Assembly: GCF_018977255.1 (NCBI RefSeq) | Contig: NW_024704742.1 | Span: 119,104,001-119,168,000, forward strand | Length of the DNA stretch: 64,000 nucleotides | Direction of reading: 5' to 3' | Origin: Callorhinchus milii | Taxonomy: Eukaryota | Made by a program: the position numbers and the translations under genes | Notes under the pieces: generated by a model | The model's database searches: none | The model's input: only the letters and a program-made list of their open reading frames with translations | What the model was told of the DNA's origin: nothing | Part shown: in pieces, positions 26,038 to 39,169 of the stretch | Position numbering within the stretch: position 1 is the first letter of the stretch | Layout of the letters: the number at the start of each line of letters is the position of its first letter

Positions 26038-27939
26038 GTGGTTTGTTAAAAAATAAATTAAACCGTTTATTTTTACATACAGAGTATTTCAAATGCATAA
26101 TGCAATTTGACATAAATCCAATAAACTTGTTCATACAGACTAGATGAAATAACCATCATCAGGAGGGACCTAGAATATGATAGACATTGGCACTATTATG
26201 TTAATAATATCATCATGTAGCAAGAGCGTTGCCACTTCCAATACTTTATTATGCTTTTATTTTGATATAGTTAGACAAAAAATATAATTTAAAAGCACTG
26301 TGTAATCTGCACATGAGATAGTCCAACATTGTTAAGTACTTAGATTTGCTTATGACACTACAATAACAACACAATTATCTTTATAAAGGCAAATGAAGGC
26401 ACAATCCATAATACAGTTCGACATAGGAAAAACTATGGTCCACAATTTACACGTGATATAATAAGACTGTTAAGTTGAGTTGTTGATGGTTAAATTTGAT
26501 GAGCTTTTCAGGTTTCAATTTCTACATATTTCCAAATAAGCAGAGTCTTTAAGTGGGATCTCATTTGGGGAATTTCTTAATAAGAATTCCAGGATAAAAA
26601 TGCAGCATGTGATGTGATATCACTGGTGATAATTATCACATTGAGTAAAATTGCAGTCAAAATACTCAACCACTGCAGCCAGTCAGATAAATATTGATTG
26701 GTATGATGGGAATTTTAGTTAATATAATTATCATTGGTGATAATTTCACACCACCCTCCGCCCGATAAAATTCCCATTGACCCATGGAAACTCTGATCTG
26801 GAACAAGATCACGCCAGAATGGAATTCCCTACCATAGATCTGGTTACTAGGAACAGTTCCCCATTTACGCAACTTAGAGTCATCCACTGGGCCACCCAAG
26901 AATGTGCAAAAGACCTATTGGGAGTAGAGCTCGGAATGACATGTTTGTACTGGAGAGTTGGAATACCAGTCCAGCTAAAGCTATCTCCTCATGGTGGCCT
27001 CAGCAGTAAGGTTTGTGTCAATCTATTCTAAATCTCACTGTTCAGTGTCAATTTATACTTTGCCTTTTGCAGCAAATTGTCCCAAAAGTCAAATCTAATC
27101 TGTATAAATAGCATTGATTCGTGAAACTCATTCCATCTACTTTGCTTTCTTTTTTGAATTAGTTACCCTTGTTAATAAAAAAAGCTGACACGTTATTCAT
27201 TGCGTATTCAACCCCAGTCGACAGAAATAATTTTTTTCTGGAATATCATGGAGAATTAGGAACAGTATTATTGATGAGAAGCAGTTTAACGTGATAACAT
27301 CTATCTACAAAAAGCATCAAGCTAAATATTATGAAGAAACCGAATGATCCAATGGCAAGAGGTAATTGAAAGTCACATGGAACATGATGGTCTCTGAGAA
27401 TTGAATCCTTGGGAATGTCATATTGAGGAAGACAACTTGTCAAGGACATATAGGACAAGATGTAAGATTGGGTAGTGCGCTTGAGATGACCTCCCGATGT
27501 GAAAGCTACTATATCAATACAAAATCATTGTTGTTTTTGTAGGCATTCTGTTTCCAAAAAAAAAGCTTTCAAATTAAAAACAATCATTACATTTCATATA
27601 TCGTCTATCATGTCAGGGGGATATACTGTTTCACAGGATATACTGTAAAGTGTAATGACTCTGTATTTTGTAGGTGAACAGACCCCACAAATTACAATTG
27701 AATTTAAGAATGTTCTAAAATTCTGCACCATTTTGAATTTAAAGACAATGGATTCTCTTAATGCTAAGACCATTGTCTCCTGCTTTTCATTCATATTATC
27801 TCTAAAAGGAGCTGTAAATTTATCTTACAAAGAAAATCTGACTCTTGGGCTCTTTCCTTTGTTTAATGCAAATAAAACTTTTCTGTGGCTAGTAGGTGCA
27901 TTTCTTACTTGTCCACCTGCAACGTCTATTGTACTCGGT

Positions 27940-28355
27940 AGTTCAAGTTTAAGATCCTCATCCTAACCTTTAAATCCCTACATGGTTTTAACGCATCGAA
28001 ACTCTAGTACCTCCTCAAACTCTACATACCCAGTTTCTCACTCTGCTCAGCTGGCACTGACCTGCTTCACATCTCCCACCTCACCCATCCCATCATCAAT
28101 GGTCAGGCTTTCAGCATATCTGCTCCCATCCTCTGGACCTGCATTCCAGAGCCTCTTTGACTTGCCCCTTCCCTCGCATCCTTCACAGTCTACCTTAAGA
28201 CCTTCCACTTCAACCCCACGTTCGGCTATCTTTTACCCCCACCTTTGCACCCCCTCCAGCCCCACCCCAGCTCAGGTGCAATCTTAGACAGTCCAGTGCC
28301 TAGGGATGTCCTCCCTATATGAAAGGCGCTATATAAATGTAAATTTGTATTGTAT
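27940..28355 (+). mobile_element. L2 3' fragment
   Basis: 'tttaagatcctcatcctaacctttaaatccctacatggttta' (FKILILTFKSLHGL) and L2 tail. Confidence 0.85.
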
Positions 28356-28597
28356 CCTATTGTACATTTGCACCATAAATGTAATCCATTGTTGTTTAGG
28401 AGATGCCCCTCTCTTGCCTCTGTATTTCAGATTTAAATTATAGTACCATATATTGAAATTGTGTTTTATCATTCAATTTGGGCATTTTCAGTAGTTTACC
28501 CCTAGACAGAGCTTCTCTGAAGTTGCTGTAGGGAAAGCAGACTTAAGATTACATGCATGGCCAGCCCTAAGGCATTACAAGGATCTCAAACTATAGA

Positions 28598-28681
28598 TAG
28601 ATGTGCTGGAAACACACAACAGGTCAACCGGCATCTGAAAGAGAAAGATAGGTTAACATTACGAATGACTCTTCATCACAA
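28598..28681 (-). mobile_element. Probable Penelope-like terminal repeat remnant
   Basis: 'tgctggaaacacacaacaggtcaaccggcatctgaaagagaaagataggttaac' resembles fish/shark Penelope-type terminal repeats as I recall them; hammerhead-like core is degenerate. Confidence 0.5.
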
Positions 28682-29466
28682 TGCCAATCTTATCTGCTCC
28701 GTGTATATTGATGATGACGGGGCTGGTAAAAGGATATTGCAACTTTTTGTTACCAGTGAGATAGTAGGTTATTCACTACTTCATATATATTAATGATGCC
28801 CAGTTAATCGGTTCACAATCAAACATTTTCATGTGGTATTGAAATCCACAGGGAGTCTGCAACAGAATAATTCCATACAACATTTTAGGTGGTAGATAAG
28901 GACACTGATGCAGTAAAACTGTATTAATGCTTACTACAATACTGTTGAAAACATGCAATAGTACAAGGTGATATTACACTTATTTTCGACATATTTTTAT
29001 GTCAGGTCCTTGTTTAATTTGCTATTAAGTTTCAGAACATATTTTCCCCTCCCCATTCGTCCACAAAACACAGTTACTACATATAGTAAATCCTGAGAAG
29101 CTCTTTGAGATGTTTCCCTGACATGAAAGTATCAAATATGATTTTTGTTCCCCTTTCATAGCTTGGGAATGAAGAAATTCTGGGCAACTATAGTTGGTGG
29201 ATTTCCTTCTCTCCTAATGAGTAAATTGAAATTTCTAAACTGAGCTACAAAGGACCTGCAGTTCCTTCATCTTATAAGCTTCTCAGTAATTGAGCTTGAG
29301 GTACAGATCAGCTATGATCTTATAGAATGGCGGAACAGGCTTGAGGGGCTGAATGGCCTGCTCCTGTTTCTATGCTTCTATGTTTCTCAGTACGGTCAAG
29401 TAAATTCTAAATTTGTAATCTAAAGAAGAGAAAGAATGAACAAGTCATTCTGCATTACTATGCAAT

Positions 29467-29712
29467 CAAAGATCCCACAGTACTATTCAAAAAGAGAAAG
29501 GAGTTTGTCCCATTGTCCTGCCCAACAATTCCCCAGATAAAATTGGTCACTCGCTTCATGGCTGTTTGTGGGACATTGCTGTGCACAAATTGACTACTGT
29601 GTTCGCCTGCAAAATACACAATCACTACACCTTACAGTAGATCATGTGAAGCACTTTAGAGATTCTCAATGACATAGAAGGCGCCATATCAAATGCAAGT
29701 ATTATTATTGTT
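29467..29712 (+). mobile_element. Deu-SINE 3' half
   Basis: 'aaagatcccacagtactattc...ggctgtttgtgggacattgctgtgcacaaattg' and tail. Confidence 0.85.
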
Positions 29713-31007
29713 AATGCTAATACTATCACCCCACTAGATGACTGCAGACCCTTCTAGTAAGTGGGCACTTCCCTTTCAGATGCTAGCATCAGACATTTTT
29801 CTATTTTGAAGCAAATGTTTTTTGTTTTGTAACTTGTAGGCCCTACAGTGGCCTTTGAGGTATTTTTCTAGTTTATATTTTATCCATAGTTCATCTGCTG
29901 AGGATAATAATAAATATAAAAAAATAAAATAAATATTTTGCCAATGGGCCTGGAGGCTTTGGCCTTCAATATGTAAAACATTATGCAGTTATTTGTTAGT
30001 TGTTAAGCACATTTATTTATAAGTTGGCAAAACTTACTAAAAAGAGACAAAATAACACTTAGCCAACATCAGGAAACTCACTACATGGAGAGCACAAACT
30101 GAATAAACCTTAGATATCTAACTGCACTGTGTTAAAATTTCAGAGACTTGTAATGTTATCTGAATCAACTAAATTCGCCCGCAAAATATACAATCAATTC
30201 ACTTTACAGTATATTCTGTGAAGCACTTGAGACGTCTCGAAGACGTGATGAGGCGCTGTATCAAATGCAAGGATTATTTTATTATTATTTTAATTCACAT
30301 CATTGGGTTTAGCATTTGATTCAACTCTTATCACTGACTGTATGCTTGCAATTTGGAGAATTTTGGAATAAGATCTTTGAATAGCCTGCTATCAAATCCC
30401 AGTTTTGGAACTGGTATAGAAAATAATAATAATTTCTTGCATTGATGTATCAAGAGGCTGTGTCAAAGTGGTTCACAGGATTTACTGTAACGTGCAATGA
30501 CTCTATTTTTGGAGGCAACTAAGTATAATATAGTAGGTAATAATAAGTATAGTATTGTATTTAATGATACATAATATTCCAATTATGTCACTGACCATCT
30601 CTGATTACAAACCTCTAAATGTGAGTACAAATCGTTTTACAAGAACATCCTTCTACCCCTTCAACATGGATGCTAATCTTTAATAATATTGTATAGACTT
30701 ACAATTTAGCGATTTAATGACTCAAAGATTTTATGCTACAGAAAGGAGGTTTCGTTTGCAACTGTTACACAAATGTAAATTTCCAATGCTCGCCTTCTGA
30801 AGTTTAGGTATTGGGTTCTATTAATTCAGTTCTGTGTACCATATGTAAATGCAACAGTCAATTATGCGAGTTGGGCAAACAATTTGTAAATGATTGTATA
30901 CAGAGGGAAATACAGAAGGAATTCCTATAATAGACTCCACTGACCACTTGTCTAACCTCATTAATGGAACCTATTTGAAGTGCTTCTGGTGGCATATACA
31001 TCTGGGT

Positions 31008-31390
31008 GTCAGCCTTGCACAGTTTGTAGCACTTTCACCTATGAGTTAAAAGGTTGTGGGTTCAAGCCCCAAGTTTGAATTCATGGTCGAGGCTGACATT
31101 CCCATGCAGTGCTTGGTTGAGACTTTAAACCAAGGTTTTGTTCAGGTGGATATTAAAAAATCCCATGGCGCTATGCAAAAAGAGAAGGGAGATTCTCCCA
31201 GAATCTTGACCAATAATCCCCCAAATAAAATTTACTTCATAGCTATTTGTGAGCCATTGCTATGTGCAAATTGGCTGCTGCGTTTGCCTACAAAACACAG
31301 TCACTACACTTCACTATACGACCCTGCAAAGCACTTTGAGACATCTCGACAGCATGATAAGACACTATGACAAAGGATCATTATAATTAT
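31008..31390 (+). mobile_element. Deu-domain SINE with internal deletion
   Basis: 'aaggttgtgggttcaagcccc', 'ggctgacattccc', core and tail. Confidence 0.8.
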
Positions 31391-31409
31391 TTTGCCCTAC
31401 AATTCTGAA

Positions 31410-32080
31410 TTCAAATTCCTGTTGGGAGCAGGAGCTGCAGGCACCTCTACAAATGCCAGATGTACATTTTGTGCAACAACACAAAGCCCTGCAACAATGT
31501 CCACTTATGTGGTTTAGATCTGTGCCAAAGTACTTGCAAAAAGTGGAGCAAATTTCTTAACTATTTCAGCTGAACTATTTCGTAACGTGCATCACCTATT
31601 TCTAATGACCATTGTCTACTGTGAAATAGGCTTCAAATGCTCCAAGGCTGTGGTAGTAAATTCAGGTTTGAAAAAATAAAATGAAATGGTACAGCTTTTT
31701 ATTTTTATATATATTTTATAGCAGGTTTCAAGCCACCGAAGAACAATTATGCGCAATATGTTCTGCCCAGGCTGCAAGGTGCTGCTACTGAGAGAACAGG
31801 GAAGAATGCGTCTCACTGTGAATGACATAATGCACTAAAAAAAGATGGTGATGTAATGCAGATCTGAAAATCCAAAGAGGCTTCCTTTTCCAAGTCAGAT
31901 GTACAGTATGTAAAGCTGTTGCCAGCTCAGCGAACATGTTAAGGACAAATGTATACCTTTATTAGCAGCCCTTTACCTTCACTATGAGAATTTCTCCTTC
32001 AGATTTCACTGGAGAAGTAGTTACTTGTTAATATGTACAAGATTCTTTGTGAGATGTGCATTTAATGGGAAGGATCAATG
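31410..32080 (+). repeat. Local duplication copy 1; near-identical core 31725-31981
   Basis: Aligns to ~35500-36210; core has 9 substitutions and no indels over ~256 bp. Confidence 0.95.
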
Positions 32081-32446
32081 ACCGCAAAGGTCTTTTCTGA
32101 GCATGTGCCTTTCTGTCTTCCTAATGATATATAAAGAACTTGCACTTTTTATAGTCTCTCATCATGTCAGAAGTTGATAAGTTGCTTTAAAACTGCTTTG
32201 CTTATACTTGCTGTCAAGTGTAATGACTCTTTTTGCTTGTAGAAGTGGCACCTATTTGCACCAGCCAAATTCTGCAAACAGTCATAAATGAGGTGAATGA
32301 CCAAATGACCAATTAATCTGCAGGATGTTTGGCTAAGGCACTTAGGGGAGGGAAGAACCTTCTCAAACGCTGAGTATCTCCTCTCTACCCCCGGCTAAGT
32401 GCCCAACTAGCAGGGTAAATGTAAATTGTATTGTAACATGTATTGT

Positions 32447-32815
32447 AATGATAATCCTTGCATTTGATACAGTGCATTATTATGTTGTGCCGTCTCAATG
32501 CTCTTCACAGGATTTTATTGTGAAGTGTAGTGCCTGTGTATTTGCAGATGAATGTAATAATCAATTTGCATACAACAATGTCCCACAAATAGCCATGAAG
32601 TGAATGAACAATTTTATTTGGGTAATTGTCGGCACAAAGAAACTCCATGGGTATTATATTGCATTGGATTACATTGCGTCATAGGGTCTTTAAAACACAA
32701 TTGAACAAGTAGACAGGACCTTGCTTTAACACCTCATCCAAAAGTTGGCATCTCCGACAATGTAGCATTGTCCCAGAACTGGACTGGAATGTTATCCCAG
32801 ACTATAAATTCAATC
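32447..32815 (-). mobile_element. Deu-SINE, degraded
   Basis: Tail 'ataatccttgcatttgat' and core. Confidence 0.75.
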
Positions 32816-32927
32816 TCTGTTACCACAAACAAGAGTTCTCTGCGACTGAAGGTTACATCTCAATGTCTCAACCTTGATCATAATGGGATTCATTCTACTC
32901 CGTTCGCCCTGTGTAGCAAATTTGTTA

Positions 32928-33350
32928 ATAGTAATAAATAACAGTTGCATTTGATACAGCACCTGTCAAGTCAGAAGGATGTCTGCTTCTCAGAATTTAC
33001 TATAAAATGCAGTAACTGCATATTATGTAGGTGAATGGGGCAGCCTCTTTTTGCATAGCAGTGTCCTACAAACAGAAATGAAGTGAATGTCGAACATTTT
33101 ATATGTGATCCTTGGTCAGGGCACTGGGAGAAATTCCTTTCTTTTTTTTGAATAGTTCCATAGAGTGTTAAGGTTAGGGTTAATCCCCCTGAACAGATAG
33201 ATTGGGCCTTGGTTCATTGTGTCATCTGAAGGCACCTCTAGCAATGCAGTGTTTCCCCATTTTGTATTGTTGTGCCTGTGAGTTTAACTCCTGTCAGGGG
33301 CTTGATTCCACAACCTTGCAAGAGAGTTACCAACTGAGCCAGACTGACTG
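32928..33350 (-). mobile_element. Deu-SINE, near full length
   Basis: Tail, core, and head 'gttaccaactgagccag'. Confidence 0.8.
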
Positions 33351-33922
33351 ATATGTGCTATTCTGCTTTCTCCTCTGTTTTGTGAATTTGTCTCTGTTCA
33401 CTCTTAAATAAGTAATGTAATTTTAGAGTTTGCCTCGTTGAATGGCACTCTTGCTGGTGGGTCAAAAGGTTGTGGATTCAAAGCCCACGTTGAGTTCATT
33501 GTCTAAGGTGACACTCCACAGCCGAACTGGGAGAACGAAGCATTATTGGAAGTGCCATTATTTTCGATAAGATGTTAAACTGGGGCCTGACTGCCTATCC
33601 TCAAGACGTGGATGGTCAAGTGGAGGTGTAAAAAGGAGCCCATAAGTGATATTTGAGCCTAAACTGGGGAGAGCTGCATTATCTTTTGGATGATATATTA
33701 AACTGAGGTTTAGTCTGCTAGTTTCTGGTTGGACTTTAAAACTCACATGCAAAAAGAGAAGAATTCCTTCTGATGTCCCCAAAATTAATTGTTCATTCTT
33801 AGTGATTTGCATTTATGTAGCGCCCACCAGGTCGGGGTTGTTTCTCAGAGCACTTAATAGTGGCGGAGCTTGAAGCTGAGCCAGGGAGAAAGGGGAGGGG
33901 ATCAAGGGTCAAAGTCTTCATG

Positions 33923-34244
33923 TAATAATAATAATAATAATAATCCTTGCATTTGATATAGCGCTTTTCACGTTGGGAGGACGTCCCAAAGCGCTTCACA
34001 GAACACACTGTAAAGTGAATTGACTGTATATTTGTGGGCGAACGCGGCAGCCAATTGCGCACAGCAATGTACCACAAACAGTCGTAGATTGAAAATGACT
34101 AATTTATTATTGTTTTTTGTTTTGGAGGGATTATTATTAGGCGTGGGAGTAAGGAAACTTGCCCAAGGTTTCGCCCTGCCTGGAATTGAACTCAGGTCTC
34201 TCACTTGCAAAGCGAGTGCTCTAACCACTGAGCTACAGGACTCC
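33923..34244 (-). mobile_element. Young tRNA-headed SINE (TGC-loop subfamily) nested in an L2
   Basis: Nearly identical to 38860-39169, 44931-45259, 46721-47037, 55405-55730; (TAA)n tail; no TSD seen. Confidence 0.95.
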
Positions 34245-34249
34245 ACGTG

Positions 34250-34700
34250 TGTGACAGAAAGGGTGGGGCAAGGCGGAGGGATTGAGACAGAGAGTTCCAG
34301 AATCTTGGAGCATAGTGGCTGAACGACCAATGGTGGAGTGGAGGGGAAGAGGGATGTCCAGGAGACCAGAGTCAGCTGAGCAAAGGGGATGGGTAGAGGA
34401 GTGGGGTGTAAGCAGGTCGGACAAATAGGGTGATGCCAGGGTATGAAGTGATTTGTACATGATTGTGAGGATCTTGAAATCGATCTGTTTTGAAATAGGG
34501 AGCCAGTGGAGCCTGGCAAGGACTGGGGTGATGTGGTATGGAGTTAAGTACAGTTGAGGATATGGGCAGCAGAGTTTTGAATTAATTGGATTTTATGAAT
34601 GGTGGAACTGGAGAGATCGGCAAAGAGGACATTGGAAAAATTAAGGTGAGAGGTGATGAATGTGTGGATAAGGGTTTCAACTGTGTTAGGTGTGAGGTAT
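34250..34700 (-). mobile_element. L2 ORF2 C-terminal fragment; its tail lies at ~33805-33920
   Basis: LFQNRSISRSS / MYKSLHTLASPYLSDLL frames and 'cactggctcc' (HWL) motif. Confidence 0.85.
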
Positions 34701-35499
34701 GGCGTGTGCTCTGGAAGAGGTGGAGGAAAGGGATCCTAGTTAGGAACCAGATTGGGAGGGATTGATGTCTAGCAGAGTGGGCACAAAGAATTTTTAGGAT
34801 GAGGAACAGATTACTTCAAGTGGCTTTTGAAGTCATGTGCATTATAATACCTAAAAAGAATTAGATAAACACATAAAGGCTAAAGGATGTGGGGAAGGGG
34901 AAGGATTACTAGTTAGCTTCAATGTGAAGCAAACACAGCACGAGCATGATAGGCCAAATGGCTTCCTTATAAGTGAATTTTCTAAATGTCCAACATGATC
35001 TATTGCTCATGACTCATGTCTTTGGCTTTAGAAGATTAAAAAAAGAATCTAATGAAGGATTCTCTTTTTGATCTGCCAATGTGTTTCTCTTTCTCAGGGA
35101 AATTTATTTCTGTCTCACCCGAAAGGATACATGTGCTGTGCACATAGAAATCCACATCAAGGGTTTCACTTATTGCCACAGATCTCAATCAGATCAGATA
35201 TGCAGCCCAATCCCGAGAAACATTTTGCTTCAATTGCTGATTCTTCACTGTAGGTCTTACTTGAGGTTATGGCTTCGATGGCTGTGCAGGCATTAGTGAC
35301 ACAGATGCACCCTGCTAGGCACCAATCCCTCCTGGCCTCTCAATATACCTTTGCTATTTCTCCATTCCGTGACCTGACTTCCAAGATCAGAGCTTTTCTA
35401 GTTGATGGCTTAAGGGGACAAAGCTTGGAATTTTACTGGACCAGTCTGTTCTCACTGACAATGTGTACGTGCAGTACTCCTGATGGTAGATGTGTCTTG

Positions 35500-36210
35500 A
35501 TACAAATTCCTATTGGGTGGCAGAAGCTGCAGGCATCTTTGCAACTGACAGGTGCATATTTCTTGCAGTAACATTAAGCCCTCCAACAACTCATCACGTG
35601 CACTTATGTGGTTAGACCTGTTAACAGTGACAATATGCTTCTAAAAAAAAGTAACTGTTTCACCTGAGTCATCTGTTCTTTATGACTATTATAAAATAGG
35701 CTTCACTTGCTCCAAGGCTGCACAAGTAATTCACGTTTCAATCCGTGAAAGGAAACATTGCAGTTTTATTTTTATTTTTTTTGGTACAGATTTCAGGCCA
35801 CCGAAGAGCATTTATGCGCAATATGTTCTGCCCAGGCTGCAAGGTGCTGCTACTGAGAGAACAGGGAAGAATGCGTCTCACTGTGAATGACATAATGCTC
35901 TAAAAAAAGATGGTGATGTAATGCAGATCTGAAAATCCAAAGAGGCATCCTTTTCCAAGTCAGATGTACAGTACGTAAAGCAGTTGCCAGCTCAGCAAAC
36001 AGGTTAAGGACAAATGTATACCTTTATTAGCAGCCCTTTACCTTCAGTAGGAGAATTTTCCCCTTAGAAAACAGCTGTTTAAATAGGAGGGAGTTTGTAG
36101 TTTTTACACACTGAGAAATAGTCATTGCTTTCTAGGTGCTTGATTTTGTAGGAGATGTGTCAGGATTTAAATTTCCTGAAATGAGTATTTATTCCTGAAG
36201 CATCAATGGT
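35500..36210 (+). repeat. Local duplication copy 2; near-identical core 35790-36046
   Basis: Core offset 4065 bp from copy 1; begins after 'ttttatttttatttttttttggtacag'. Confidence 0.95.
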
Positions 36211-36223
36211 ATTGGGCAAATGT

Positions 36224-36559
36224 GGAGTCCTGTAGCTCAGTAGTTAGAGCATTCGCCTCACAAGCGAGAGACCAGGGTTTGATTCCCGGGCAGGGTGAAA
36301 CGTTGGGCAAGTTTCCTTACTCCAAACGCCTCTGTTTACCTAGGCAGTAAGTAGGAATCCGGTCGTTAGTCGACTTTTCCAGGGGTACTAATCCCTTTTT
36401 TTAAAAGTTTCTTGTATTCTGATTTACAATGACTCTTCAATCATTTTAATAATAATTTGCTCCCAAAATATACCGTCATTCCACTTTACAGTATATTCTG
36501 TGAAACGTTTTGAGACGTTTCGACGATGTGATCAAATGCAAGGATTATTGTTATTATTA
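36224..36559 (+). mobile_element. Older tRNA-Val-type SINE (CAC loop, long body)
   Basis: 'ggagtcctgtagctcagtagttagagcattcgcctcacaagcgagagaccagggtttgattcccgggcaggg'; retains 'tctgtttacctaggcagtaag' segment. Confidence 0.9.
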
Positions 36560-38859
36560 CCCCAGGGTTATTTTGAATAATCTCATGTTCTTTAACAGTA
36601 TCTACTATTTAATTTTGCTTTTCATATTGATGCATTTTAAGATAATCTACCTGCATTTTCATTTCCCTCAATCCCTGCTCTCTCCAGAAATGGATCTTCT
36701 CAATTTCTACTGTGGTATAGAAATGCACAAGTTATAGCTTGGATTCACAAAGAATTCATAACTGTTGATTCCTGTCAGTAACCGGAATTGGGTCACAGCA
36801 ACCCATGAGGACTTCCCTCTGACACACACAGAAGGAGATTGCATTGCAGTAGATTTTCTGTGAATGCACTTCCAATTGCTGGCAGGATCCAGTATTTTGG
36901 AAAACATTGTAAATCCAGACAATGTCTCCCATGTTTTAGACTTCAATGTCTATTTCATTGGTAACATGATTGCTTATTCCATAAGTATGTGTGTAATAAT
37001 GTTTCTTCTGATTTGCTGTCTTACACTTAGCTACCATACTAAACAAATTGTGCGAATTAAATTAAATTAAATTAGCCAATTTCTGTCCAGTTGGTTTGGA
37101 TACCAGTGTATTCTTTTGAGTAAGAACCGAGGTGTAGATTGAAGAGTAACAGAAAAACATGAGGTTAACAAGCAGTTAGGTGATGCCAAATGAGGGAGTC
37201 AGAGAAGCCATAGTAATGCTAAAATAGAAAGAAACATGGAGGATTAACATGAGGGAAGAATTATCTATCAGACTAGGAGTCTCTTCTTGTATTCTAATAA
37301 TAATAATCCTTATATTTGATATAGCATCTTATCACATCATGGCAACATCTCAAAGTGCCTCACAGAATTTGTAAAAGTGTAGTGTTTTTGTAGACTCTCA
37401 CAGTAGTCCATTTGCATACAGCAATGTCCCCACACATTGCCATGAAGTGAATGACCAGCGTTATCTGGGGATTGTTGCCAAGACTCCAGGAGAATTTTTT
37501 CCTTGTCAGTAATGTCATGTGATCTTTACCATCCATATCCCGGCCACAATCCCCTAAATGACATTAGTCGTTCACTTCATGGCTGTTTGCGGGACTTGAA
37601 GTGGGCAAATTTGCTGCTGGGTTTGCCTACATTCACTACATCGTAATAGTAATTCCTATGAATCGCTTTGAAACATGGTATGGTGCTCTCAATCTATTAT
37701 CAAATACAAGAATTGTGTTATTATAAACTTGGTAAAATCTCCAACTAGTGGAGAATAAGACACACTCATCTGCCAATCTCACTATATTTACTGAGAGAGG
37801 AAGAGTCATCGTCTTTGTGACCCATCTTTGCATAAACTGCAGGACCACATCCTAACATCTGAAAATTGGTTGCAAGTAGAAAACATCTCTTGTGACTATG
37901 TGCCGAAAAATACATTCCACAAATAAATCTCTCCAGGCAAAATAGTTTTGAAAATTGACCCTGGGGTTTATTAGAATGCCAACTCTATCTCATGAGACAT
38001 AACAGACTCCTAGATAGCTGTGACTCAGAAACAGCAACATTTGGGCTGTGTTGTGACCACGTGAAGAAATAATTTCAATGAATTGATTTTACTATAAACT
38101 ATGACATAAAGAACAGGAAGGATTGACTGATCATTAGATTATTAACCCGTTCGTCAGCAAAATGAACCAAATGCCTCGGAGGTCATTGATCTCTTCTGAT
38201 ACTTAGGGTTTCACTGCTGTTCGCCTTCTCTGAGCCGTCAATAAAACAAATGAGTGTGCTGTTCTGTAAAGAAGCTATTAAACAGTCTTAGTTCAATAAT
38301 GCCTTTGCTGATTTAAAAAAAATCTTTATCATATTAACAAATTCATCAGATCCTGAGGTTGAAGTGACAAAAACAAATTGATTGTGAAGAATGGGCTACT
38401 GATTACTGGAGGACAATAAGTTTGTGGGAAAGGAGGCGGAGGACATGTCACAAAACCTTTGCAACTATTGTACTCGCACTAACTTCTCCGTCCTCTGTTG
38501 CGCCTCTGAGTAAATACATTTTAAAATGCTGTATAACATGGCTTCACCCCCCAACTCAGAACGTAAGAGTTGATTCTCAGTTAAGACAAAAGTGGCCCTT
38601 CAGGGGCTTATGTCAAAATTTGTGATAATAATTCCATTCAAAACAGCAAATAATTTAACAGCTGTTGACAAGATTGATCAAACCAAATGTCACCTCCACG
38701 AATGATTGTGGCCATTGAATAAAATGATTTTAACCTCTGAAAGAAAGGTCTTTTGTTTAACACAATATGTGTCTTTATGCCGAATGTCAGATTCCTGTCA
38801 GTGCTAGCGCAAACAGAGGCCTGAAATTTCTCATGGTCTTAGCCTTAAGGCCTTAACTT

Positions 38860-39169
38860 ATAATAATCCTTGCATTTGATATAGCGCTTTTCACGTTGGG
38901 AGGACGTCCCAAAGCGCTTCACAGAACACACCATAAAGTGAATTGACTGTATATTTGTGGGCGAACGCGGCAGCCAATTGCGCACAGCAATGTCCCACAA
39001 AGAGTCGTAGATTGAAAATGACCAATTTATTATTGTTTTGGGGTTTTGGAGGGATTATTATTAGGCGTGTGGAGTAAGAAAACTTGCCCAAGGTTTGGCC
39101 CTGCCTGGAATTGAACTCAGGTCTCTTGCTTGCAAAGCGAGTGCTCTAACCACTGAGCTACAGGACTCC
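38860..39169 (-). mobile_element. Young tRNA-headed SINE (TGC-loop subfamily)
   Basis: Near-identical to the other four young copies. Confidence 0.95.

Noticed and set aside
28650..28681. Hammerhead ribozyme in the Penelope-like remnant
   Set aside because: Core is mutated (GTGATGA instead of CTGATGA, no GAAA)
31780..31870. Selenoprotein idea: in-frame C-C-Y-TGA (CxxU-like) followed by ATGA...AAA...GA
   Set aside because: The SECIS-like helix pairs poorly, copy 2 has a change that weakens it, there is no lower helix, and it is only ~30 nt from the TGA
31840..31908. H/ACA snoRNA-like hairpin (atctga/tcagat followed by ACA)
   Set aside because: Upper stem only 6 bp, no adjacent H box, and no convincing 5' hairpin
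35269..35571. 100 aa ATG ORF near duplicate copy 2
   Set aside because: No recognisable domain; its 3' part lies in the indel-rich flank of the duplication
36688..36781. Strong acceptor followed by NGSSQFLLWYRNAQVIAWIHK (Ig-strand-like WYRN)
   Set aside because: Stops after ~30 codons, weak donor, and no other Ig motifs
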